Below are positions 1 through 8,225 of a DNA stretch of 58,289 nucleotides, in pieces. Within the stretch, counting starts at the first letter, position 1. Every line of letters starts with the position of its first letter. Both the position numbers and the translations under genes were made by a program. A model generated the notes under the pieces. It had not been told where the DNA came from, did not search any database, and worked only from the letters and a program-made list of their open reading frames with translations. Source of the DNA: a virus (lineage: Duplodnaviria > Caudoviricetes); IMG/VR virus record IMGVR_UViG_3300027513_000017, positions 1-58,289 of that record; one strand, given 5' to 3'.

Positions 1-158
1 AGAACGGGCAGATTGTTCCGTTAGGTTTGGATGAGCAGGACACGCCTCCGGTACTGACGGCAATCGTCAGAGGCCGGAAGATGCCGGTGCGTAACTCATC
101 GGGTGTTTATGGAGGTGAGGAGTGGTCTAACAATCCGGTGGATATTCTCCGTTTCATA
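1..158. repeat. Terminal direct repeat, left copy (circular-assembly overlap)
   Basis: 1-158 matches 58132-58289 except T32 vs C58163; lies inside a coding sequence. Confidence 0.95.
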
Positions 159-3100
159 ATGACGGACTCCAAGTTTGTGAATGTTGATGAAGCATTCATG
201 GACGACGCGGTTCTCCATCTAACCGCGCAACATTGCGACGCTCCGATTCTCGATGATTCGGGTTCACAGATTATCGTTATCCCAAGCATTGAGGAACCGA
301 TCGCAGGTGATGCGTTTTCCCGGTATCGAGCAACAGGAATCTATACGCCTCGTTATTTCCTCTACAACAATCTTGGAGACGGATCGCTCATTCCCGAGTT
401 TGTGGATGGGCCATATATCGGTATCGATCAGGGTGGTTCACTTCCCGATCCGAGCGTATCAACTGATCCGACGTTTCTAAGTCAGAAACCCTTAATCAAG
501 AGATACACGTTCAACTCAACGATTAGTGAGGAAGTTAGGGCCACAGACTTCATCAACAAGACTCTCCTCCCGTCCTTCAAAGGCTTTTTAAGAGTCAACA
601 AGAACGGGAAGATAGAGATCCGCTCAGAAGTCTCTTCCGACTCCACGAGACTGCGAACGGCAACGGCAGTGGGAGCGACTTCAATCCCTGTTTTAGACGT
701 GACTCCGTGGAAGACAGGGCCGGAACTCTTGAAGGGGCGAGTCCTACTAGGCTTTGGATTAACTACCAGTGAGGTTAGAACGCCCTCCGCCGCTGATTAT
801 TCCACGTCAGGTAACGCGATAACCCTCACGGCGTCGGGAAGCGGCACAGTGACCGCTACAGCGTCAGGAGCCACGCTCTCAGGTGGGTCTACATCTGTTC
901 CAGCAACGGGGACGATAACGATCGGCGGCGGTTCAACTGTTCCGGCTGGCGTGAGCTATCAGAATGACTTCGGGATGACGACTGGAGCGGGCGGAGCGAT
1001 TACCGTCACGTCAGGAGGTTGGGGTAATTCCGGTGCCGCAACAGTTGCATCAATCGCACTGGCTGATGACGGTCAATTTGGTGGCGTGTTAGGACTTGGC
1101 ACGATTGTTTTGGGCTTAGGCTATTCGGACTCTCCGACCACTAACACCGATCTGGAATATGGACTGCAGTTGAATGGGCCATCAGGCATTGCGAGTTTGA
1201 TTATCAGTGGGGCCGCTCCGGTCGCCTTGATTCCCTGCTCTCCTGGAGATCGCTTTGATGTGATCAAACAGGATGGAGTGATTCGCTTCACTAAGAACGG
1301 AGCAATCATCAATACCGGCAGCATAGCCATTCCCGCTGTCACGGGAACGCTCTACGGGAACGTGGTCGGATTCACCAATGGCGCGAATCTTACCTCTGCG
1401 GAAATGGGCACAGCAGATGTAGCAGGCGGCACGGTCAACATTGCTATTGGCGGAATTGCAGTTAGCTACGAGTTTGGGGCCGACGTGATCGAAGGCATCG
1501 CAGCCATGATCGCCGCGTACATCAATGCTAATCAGAGATTGAATAAGTTTATTCGGGCGACGTGGGATTCAAGCAATCCTGAAGTAATCACGATTACTTG
1601 TCTACACGGGGCGTTGACTGTCCCTGCTTTACTCAAAGCTCACACAACGGCACTAGCCGATCCTACTTCTGCACCCACAGCAGCAGGATCGTCAGGCGGA
1701 TCACTTCCGGCAGGCACTTATTTTCTGGCGTATTCAGATGTGAATGCGATCGGTGAGACTTATCTAACTGCTTCGGCTTCTGTAGTCGTGACGGCTAATC
1801 AGAAGATCGACGTGAGTTCCATTGCTGCGTTAGTCGGCACCTCGAGAAATTACTATCTGAGTGAGAGTGCAGGATCGACAAATCTCCGTTTCGTTGCTAA
1901 CCGCACAAACAACACTAATTTCTCGATCACTGATGTTCCTGAAGTCGGGGCCGCGCAGTCTCCAACCTGGAACCAGACCGCAGAGGAACTATTAAGAGTT
2001 GCGAAGTCCTTTGCTACTAATTCACAGGATATTTATCCCGAGTGGAAAGCATCGTTCGGGGTAACGATGAGCGACACTTATCTCCCGACTGTTTTGAATG
2101 GTCATAAGTATCAGGTCACTACCGCAGGCACGACAGGCACCACAGAACCCACTTGGCCCACAACCGCAGGAGGTACTGTTGCTAGTGGGACAGCGGTCTT
2201 CACCGAAACAGGATCGACTGTCTTAGCGCAAGCCGGACTATCACGATCGAATGTAATTAAGAACTCCTTCAAGTGGCCTTTGGGTTCAAGACAGTCGACA
2301 GTCAACCAGATCAAGACTGCATATCGCTCGGCTAAGGATGACTTCGCCCTTCAACCTCTGACAGTTAATGACTACACGCATCAAGCCTATGTAAAGAAGA
2401 AATATCCGTTGGAGATCGATCTAAGTGGTGTCGATAACTTCAACCAGGCTAAACGTCTGTGCAATTTCAATCTCTCGAAGTATCGGGAAGGCGATCATTT
2501 CCATGCTCTCGGTACTGGGCCGTCAGGTCTGGTACTCGAAGAAGGAGACGTGATTTGCACGTCTGATGATTCAGGCGGGTTGATAAACGTAGTAACAAGA
2601 ATTGAAGAATTAAGAATCACCAAAGACCATGACGTTTATATAACGCAGGCGCGTAGATACTCCACTTTAATGTTTTCTGATGACGTGGGTTCGCATCGGA
2701 TTCCTCTAGCTTCCACTCTCAGATTCGCAGCCACTAAAGACACACTAGCAGAGTTCATCGACACGATAGCTATTCGAGATTCAGATGCGATGGTGCCCGG
2801 CTTCAAGATTGCTCTGTCTCACGATCTAGCTGTCGAAGGAGACTGGCGTGGAGCTTCTGTGTGGGCCGACTTTGGTGATGGCTACAAGTTCTTAAAGAAG
2901 CATGACGTAGCAGCGACAATTGGCACGTGTGACACCACACTCGGAGCCGTCAGCGACATAGAAGTCTTCGATGAGATCAATACAGTTGATTTCACCCTTG
3001 ACTATGAGGATGGACAGTTTGGCGATGACATGACTGAAGCCGAGTTGCTAGCTAACCCTTATCGTCGGCTGTTCTTAATTGGTGATGAGTATGTACAAGC

Positions 3101-4262
3101 AGGCACTAACGTCTCGAATGGAAGCCGCTCGTACACTGAATCGGACTTCTTACGCGGTAGGTTTGAAACTGATGATGATGTGATTCATTCAGCGAGTGAG
3201 CGCGTGGTCTATATGAATGGGGCAGAGATATTTGTTGAACTGCCGATCTCTCAAGTGGGCATTCCGTTCAATATAAAAGTTGTCACTACGAATCAGGACG
3301 TTGCAGATGCGACAGCGATTCCGTTTACGTGGGCGGGGAATAATGTTCGACCGCGCAAGATTACAGAGATCTACATTGCCAAAGACGGATCGAATGATTG
3401 GTTAATTCAATTCTTGGGCCATCCGCGACCGTTTGAAATGCCCGCTGAGTATGTGGTTGAGATTTGGGAAGACCACACGCGAAACGATCCGACCAAACTA
3501 AAACGGAGACTCCCCGTTACGGAGGGAACGACGCACGCGTGCTTGCTGAATTCGTCAGGGTCAACCTATGTGCAGGAAGACGATCCCGAAGGTGTACCAG
3601 GGGGTCTTATTCGCGTTGAAGATACTCACGCTGATAAGAACAATCTACACGGAGACGGCATTGCGGATGTCAACGGTCAAACGCTCGAAGACATCAAGAA
3701 CACGTTCACTCGTTTCAGTTTCACGTTGGCGATTGAAGACTCAGGTACTGGCATAGGTAAATCGGTGAGTGCTGGACTGATTAGCGAAGATGGAGTCACA
3801 ACACCACCGACATTCAATACAAGCCTCTCGCCCGCTGTAGTGAGGTTGTCCGATGACACAGGAACAGTAAACGAGATTGTTTCTACCTACGGCACAACAG
3901 TCTCATCCAGCACACTAGGAAGTGGTGGTGATATTTCCCAACGGTACGCCATCATTCTGAGCGGCACTGAGTATCGCGTTTATCGAGACTATGAGGCCGC
4001 AGGCGGGCAAGTGCCGTTAGCAATTATCCCTGCTCCAAGCGCAGGGTTCCCGTTCCCTCTGCGATTGAAAATGAACATCGACCAAATCAACGGCGATGAA
4101 GTACACGTCACTAACGTCACCGCAGGCGGCGCACTTAGACCAACAACCATCTATTCCTTGGCGGAACAACTGGAGGATTTCGGGGTTGAGCAGAGCATGT
4201 TATTTCTCCGCATCTACCAGAAAGGCAGATATGCAGACATCGGAGATCCGGTTGACTTCTAA
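3..4262 (+). CDS. Tail hub / host-specificity (central tail fibre-like) protein, 3' part; gene starts at 57153 and spans the origin (about 1746 aa)
   Basis: In frame with the ORF from ATG 57153 (58158 equals position 27); follows tape measure and distal tail genes; NPVDILR, LEEGDVI, LRGRFET and C-terminal YSLAEQLEDFG motifs typical of J/GTA-type hub proteins. Confidence 0.85.
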   Translation, partial: NGQIVPLGLDEQDTPPVLTAIVRGRKMPVRNSSGVYGGEEWSNNPVDILRFIMTDSKFVNVDEAFMDDAVLHLTAQHCDAPILDDSGSQIIVIPSIEEPIAGDAFSRYRATGIYTPRYFLYNNLGDGSLIPEFVDGPYIGIDQGGSLPDPSVSTDPTFLSQKPLIKRYTFNSTISEEVRATDFINKTLLPSFKGFLRVNKNGKIEIRSEVSSDSTRLRTATAVGATSIPVLDVTPWKTGPELLKGRVLLGFGLTTSEVRTPSAADYSTSGNAITLTASGSGTVTATASGATLSGGSTSVPATGTITIGGGSTVPAGVSYQNDFGMTTGAGGAITVTSGGWGNSGAATVASIALADDGQFGGVLGLGTIVLGLGYSDSPTTNTDLEYGLQLNGPSGIASLIISGAAPVALIPCSPGDRFDVIKQDGVIRFTKNGAIINTGSIAIPAVTGTLYGNVVGFTNGANLTSAEMGTADVAGGTVNIAIGGIAVSYEFGADVIEGIAAMIAAYINANQRLNKFIRATWDSSNPEVITITCLHGALTVPALLKAHTTALADPTSAPTAAGSSGGSLPAGTYFLAYSDVNAIGETYLTASASVVVTANQKIDVSSIAALVGTSRNYYLSESAGSTNLRFVANRTNNTNFSITDVPEVGAAQSPTWNQTAEELLRVAKSFATNSQDIYPEWKASFGVTMSDTYLPTVLNGHKYQVTTAGTTGTTEPTWPTTAGGTVASGTAVFTETGSTVLAQAGLSRSNVIKNSFKWPLGSRQSTVNQIKTAYRSAKDDFALQPLTVNDYTHQAYVKKKYPLEIDLSGVDNFNQAKRLCNFNLSKYREGDHFHALGTGPSGLVLEEGDVICTSDDSGGLINVVTRIEELRITKDHDVYITQARRYSTLMFSDDVGSHRIPLASTLRFAATKDTLAEFIDTIAIRDSDAMVPGFKIALSHDLAVEGDWRGASVWADFGDGYKFLKKHDVAATIGTCDTTLGAVSDIEVFDEINTVDFTLDYEDGQFGDDMTEAELLANPYRRLFLIGDEYVQAGTNVSNGSRSYTESDFLRGRFETDDDVIHSASERVVYMNGAEIFVELPISQVGIPFNIKVVTTNQDVADATAIPFTWAGNNVRPRKITEIYIAKDGSNDWLIQFLGHPRPFEMPAEYVVEIWEDHTRNDPTKLKRRLPVTEGTTHACLLNSSGSTYVQEDDPEGVPGGLIRVEDTHADKNNLHGDGIADVNGQTLEDIKNTFTRFSFTLAIEDSGTGIGKSVSAGLISEDGVTTPPTFNTSLSPAVVRLSDDTGTVNEIVSTYGTTVSSSTLGSGGDISQRYAIILSGTEYRVYRDYEAAGGQVPLAIIPAPSAGFPFPLRLKMNIDQINGDEVHVTNVTAGGALRPTTIYSLAEQLEDFGVEQSMLFLRIYQKGRYADIGDPVDF

Positions 4263-4550
4263 AACTCAACAGGAAGGTTGTCAGGGTCGCTCTTGGTGCA
4301 AATTAGATTGCGCCCGACCTTGCGGCAGGTACGCTCGACGGGTAGCGGGGCGGTAACAGCTTCACCCGCAGACAGGCGACTAAAGCGGTCGCGTGATGGT
4401 TCAAATGGGTCTGCCGCAAAAGGGGCACGAAGTAGAAGCATAAACAACGTAAAGGTGTGGAACATGTGTGGAATCGACTCGTTTCTTTGAGGTTTTCAAC
4501 CTAGCACTGAGAGTACCAGCAACCTCCGCACCGTTCAAAGCGAAAGGCGT
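4263..4550 (+). ncRNA. Candidate structured non-coding RNA
   Basis: About 290 bp without a credible ORF; stem TTGCGGCAG 4320-4328/CTGCCGCAA 4411-4419 encloses internal hairpins; further hairpins 4295-4314 and 4489-4526. Confidence 0.35.
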
Positions 4551-4554
4551 ACAA

Positions 4555-4716
4555 ATGGCGGACGACATTAAAGACGTGAGACCAAGACAAGTGACTGACA
4601 TTCGGATTGAACGCGATGGGCCATACGACTTGATTTGCTTCACCTCGGAGTCTCACCCCGAAGAAGAGCCAATGGACTACACCTTAGAGATTTGGAAAGA
4701 CGATAAACGTGGCTGA
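4555..4716 (+). CDS. Small protein paralogous to a segment of the tail hub protein
   Basis: VRPRQVTDIRIERDG...YTLEIWKD aligns with hub VRPRKITEIYIAKDG...YVVEIWED; GAAAGG RBS upstream. Confidence 0.6.
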   Translation: MADDIKDVRPRQVTDIRIERDGPYDLICFTSESHPEEEPMDYTLEIWKDDKRG

Positions 4717-7471
4717 AGGAATAGGACTCACTAAAGAAGTAACTACGCTGCTGACTCCCTCGAAGTACGGGACGGTTCGCGCATGGTTCGACGCCTCACA
4801 AGAATCATTTGCTAACGATGATGCAGTAGCTAACTTCTCTGACTGGTCAGGGAATAATTACGATCTCCTCCAAGCTACGGGAGCGAATAAACCTCTCTTC
4901 AAGCTCAACGCTGCTAATGGGCGTCCAGCGTTGCTCTTTGATGGGGTCAACGACCGGATGGCTACGGCAAGTTTCGGGTCGAGTCCTCAGCCGATAACTA
5001 TCTACCTGGTTGCTAAATCCACAGGGTCAACAGCCGCGCACAGAGTCTTAGCTGATGGTATCGGGGCGAGCAATCGGCATCTCATTTACTCAGCGATCTC
5101 CACCGGACTCCCGACGTTCGGGGCGGGTTCGGCTGTTCAAGGATTTGAAGACTTCGGGGATGACTGGTTCCTGATTACCGCAGTTTTCAACGGCGCAGAT
5201 TCAAAGTTCATCGTTAATGACATTCTCTCTGCTACAGGGAACATCGGCACACAAACACTCACGGGAATAACTCTTGGTTCCGCGCACGATGGATCATCTC
5301 CGTGGGCCGGATACATTGCCCAAGCGATTTACTTTGACGGAACTCTAACCACTGACAGCGATTACACCGTCAGACGAGCCTTGCAAGCGCAGTACAAGAT
5401 TCCTTATTTCGATCCATCTTCGATCTCAGGTCTGCACAGTAAGTACATGGCCGACACGCTGAGACTCCGAGATGGAGAACTCGTAGACGAATGGGAAGAT
5501 ACTGTTAGCGCAAAGAACGTCCTGCAAGCGACAGCAGCCGATCAGCCTGCACTAATCCGTGATGAATTGAATCACCATCCGGTCTTGAGATTTGATGTAA
5601 CTAACTACCTCACGTCTGATTCGTTCACGACGATCAACCAACCAAGAACATTCTTTATAGTCGCTAAGAATAGTTCCACCGCAGCGCATCACGTTTTGTT
5701 TGATGGTGTCTCCGCTCCACCACAAAACCAGATGTACTTTGAGAACTCAACAGGAAAGTTAGTTATCTCTGCGGGTACAGAACTTAAAACTACTTACGGA
5801 GTCGGGACTGACTGGGCGGTGTGGGTAGCGGTCTACAACGGATCGTCGTCGGCCATCTATCAAAACGGGGAGCAGATAGCATCAGGAACGGCAAACACTC
5901 AAGGACTTGATCGGTTCAGAATTGGCGCGCTTCACAACGCCACGTTTCCATTTCTTGGTGACTACTACGCGCTGCTCCATTGGGACGGCGATCTGTCCGC
6001 TTCAAACAGTCTCCTTATCATTGTCGGGTGGCTAAGAGTCCTTACTGCACTTTACGATCCGATTCCTCTGCCGACGTTACCAGCCATCTTCTTTGCTGAT
6101 TACGATCTGAATCAACCGAACTATGGATCATACTCAGGTGATTCCATTCGGGTAGTAGATTCAGGAGCCGGAATACATGAGATTGGATTCGATGCGAATG
6201 GGAAACTAGACCGAGCACAGGCAGATGCCATCGAACCGGATCTAAAAGTAACAATCATTTATGACAAGTCGGGAAACGGGCGGAACGCGACGGCAACAGG
6301 TGGTGACTGGCTGTTGAAGTGGGACGTTCGCGGCGTTCCTTACCTCGAAGCGCAACACGTTGACGCTCGCTTTAAGACTGCCTCAACGTACAGTTGGGCC
6401 GCTCCAAAAGTGTTTTCCGTCGCTTCGACCAACGACGATGAGACGAACACTTATCTATGGGACTTGGGTGGCAATTTCTTTGCCTACAACGCGACCACAG
6501 AAGCAGTCTATGACTTACCTACATATCCACCGAACTTAGGGTTTGCTTATAACGGGACGCAGTTGTTTTCTCCGGTCTTCACGCCTGACAGTTTTCCTCT
6601 TTACACGAATGAGACGGCACCAGGACTACATCATCGCTATGTAAAGTTCCAAGCAGGCAATGATGAACTGTGGGCCGACGGTGCGCTACTCGTAACCGCT
6701 GGCAATGCAGGAGACACGGGACGCACAGGAGCAATCTGCATTGGCAACTTTGATACAGGAGGCTTTGGCGGCCTACAGCGTTACTACGATCTCAAGGTTG
6801 TCGAAGGCGCGATCACCGACGCTAATCGAGATACGATCATCGCTTATCAACAAGAGAACTCGCAGTGTAATCAGGAACACGTTTGCGTCGTACTTGGTGA
6901 CTCACTCGCCTATGGATATGACGGAGGATCGATCTACAGCGCACCGTTGCTAGGGAGCCTCAGCGATCATCTGCAAGACGCGTTAGGGATGGAGTGGAAC
7001 GTCTGGAACATGGGCCGGACAGGTGATACCACTGGAGAAGTCATCAGCAGTGGGATTCTGGACTATGCGATTGAAAAGTATCGTCCGGGTAAGTTGAACA
7101 AAGTCATTCTCAATGGTTGCTTTAACGACTTCAATGATGATGTTGCGGTAGCGACGACTAAAGCAAACTTGATAACCACTATCTCGACTCTACAAGCCGC
7201 AGGGTTTGAAGTTTATCTAAGGACACCCCCGCGATCGGCATTCACAAGCGAGAACTGGAAAGGCTATGACGCTTACCGTGCGGGCTTGATTACGTGGATG
7301 CTAGCGGGAACGTCCGGCGCGAATGGGATTGTTGATGAGACTGGAGATCCAAACATAGGAACCAGTGGAGACCCAACCAATACGACTTACTTCTTTAGTG
7401 ACAAGATCCACGGCAAGAGTCCTTACTATCAGATCGTTGCTGACTTAGCGTTACCGTTCATTGTTCCGTAG
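4709..7471 (+). CDS. Tail-associated protein with repeated LamG/concanavalin-like domains and a C-terminal SGNH/GDSL hydrolase
   Basis: Repeated W-x-D/DxSGN modules; GDSL block (LGDSLA), G and N blocks, DKIH catalytic motif. Confidence 0.8.
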   Translation: MAEGIGLTKEVTTLLTPSKYGTVRAWFDASQESFANDDAVANFSDWSGNNYDLLQATGANKPLFKLNAANGRPALLFDGVNDRMATASFGSSPQPITIYLVAKSTGSTAAHRVLADGIGASNRHLIYSAISTGLPTFGAGSAVQGFEDFGDDWFLITAVFNGADSKFIVNDILSATGNIGTQTLTGITLGSAHDGSSPWAGYIAQAIYFDGTLTTDSDYTVRRALQAQYKIPYFDPSSISGLHSKYMADTLRLRDGELVDEWEDTVSAKNVLQATAADQPALIRDELNHHPVLRFDVTNYLTSDSFTTINQPRTFFIVAKNSSTAAHHVLFDGVSAPPQNQMYFENSTGKLVISAGTELKTTYGVGTDWAVWVAVYNGSSSAIYQNGEQIASGTANTQGLDRFRIGALHNATFPFLGDYYALLHWDGDLSASNSLLIIVGWLRVLTALYDPIPLPTLPAIFFADYDLNQPNYGSYSGDSIRVVDSGAGIHEIGFDANGKLDRAQADAIEPDLKVTIIYDKSGNGRNATATGGDWLLKWDVRGVPYLEAQHVDARFKTASTYSWAAPKVFSVASTNDDETNTYLWDLGGNFFAYNATTEAVYDLPTYPPNLGFAYNGTQLFSPVFTPDSFPLYTNETAPGLHHRYVKFQAGNDELWADGALLVTAGNAGDTGRTGAICIGNFDTGGFGGLQRYYDLKVVEGAITDANRDTIIAYQQENSQCNQEHVCVVLGDSLAYGYDGGSIYSAPLLGSLSDHLQDALGMEWNVWNMGRTGDTTGEVISSGILDYAIEKYRPGKLNKVILNGCFNDFNDDVAVATTKANLITTISTLQAAGFEVYLRTPPRSAFTSENWKGYDAYRAGLITWMLAGTSGANGIVDETGDPNIGTSGDPTNTTYFFSDKIHGKSPYYQIVADLALPFIVP

Positions 7472-7489
7472 GACTGACAGCGTTATAAT
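7461..7489 (+). promoter_or_regulatory. Sigma70-like promoter for a two-gene moron (likely leaderless mRNA)
   Basis: TTGTTC-17 bp-TATAAT; ATG begins 8 nt downstream at 7497 with no SD. Confidence 0.55.
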
Positions 7490-7496
7490 TCAGGGC

Positions 7497-7775
7497 ATGA
7501 AAACGCTAACCCTTCAGAGTGGTACAGGCCAAACCGTAGACGTTCAACGCCCTTGCGATCTGCACGGAACTAACATGATCATCACTCAAACAATGAGTGG
7601 GCGTGAGTATGTTGATGTTAGTTGGAAATGCGAGATCGCTGGATGTGAATACGTCGTGCGGTATGAAGTTCCACCTGAGACCGCTTTCCCGAATACCTTT
7701 CCAAAAGAGACGCTAATGAGCGAGACGCTTTCGTTTGGCCGACGCGCTCCTATGCATACACTCTGGCCCTGCTAA
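7497..7775 (+). CDS. Hypothetical protein (Cys/His-containing)
   Basis: ORF directly after the promoter; CxxH and CxxxxC. Confidence 0.5.
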   Translation: MKTLTLQSGTGQTVDVQRPCDLHGTNMIITQTMSGREYVDVSWKCEIAGCEYVVRYEVPPETAFPNTFPKETLMSETLSFGRRAPMHTLWPC

Positions 7776-7780
7776 GCAAA

Positions 7781-8158
7781 ATGCAAAGACGCTCCTTCAT
7801 CGGTGCTTTAATAGGTGGTCTAGCGGCCCTGCCGTTAGTGAATCGTTTTGTGTCGGCGGCTCCGACAGAATCGGACCGTTATGTGATGGACGCTGTTCAT
7901 TTGAACGATGCTGACTACGGAAGAATGGTAGAAAGCTGGCTTGACCGCTCAGGCAATGGAAACCACCTCATACAGAACGACGTTGTGAAGCGACCACAGT
8001 ACCGCGTTGAGGTTCGCGGAATCCATGATAGTGATGACAGCGCACCAAGACGCGTTTTCCTCGTTGACGAACCTCGCGTCACTTACACCGCCAAGATGCA
8101 GGAAATGGACTTCGGTTACACTCAAGCCGAAGTTTCCCTCTACGTAGTTCCTCTCTAA
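7781..8158 (+). CDS. Twin-arginine (Tat) signal protein carrying tail-protein-like fragments
   Basis: MQRRSFIGALIGGLAALP signal; WLDRSGNGNHLIQ and TYTAKMQEMDFG segments resemble the neighbouring tail proteins. Confidence 0.65.
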   Translation: MQRRSFIGALIGGLAALPLVNRFVSAAPTESDRYVMDAVHLNDADYGRMVESWLDRSGNGNHLIQNDVVKRPQYRVEVRGIHDSDDSAPRRVFLVDEPRVTYTAKMQEMDFGYTQAEVSLYVVPL

Positions 8159-8225
8159 AACTTAAATATCTTTCCAGTTGTAGTCTGTCCTCGCAGTTAT
8201 CCAGTCTGCTTTGGAAGGTGTTTAC

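Noticed and set aside
27-33. Start codon of the 1411-aa ORF at position 27
   Set aside because: The frame is open upstream through the overlap; the real start is ATG 57153
4385-4415. tRNA suggested by GGTTCAAAT
   Set aside because: The flanks do not form a T-stem or cloverleaf; no tRNA was recognised in the window
3340-8158. Diversity-generating retroelement behind the duplicated tail segments
   Set aside because: No reverse transcriptase, and the similarity is at protein level rather than adenine-specific near-identity
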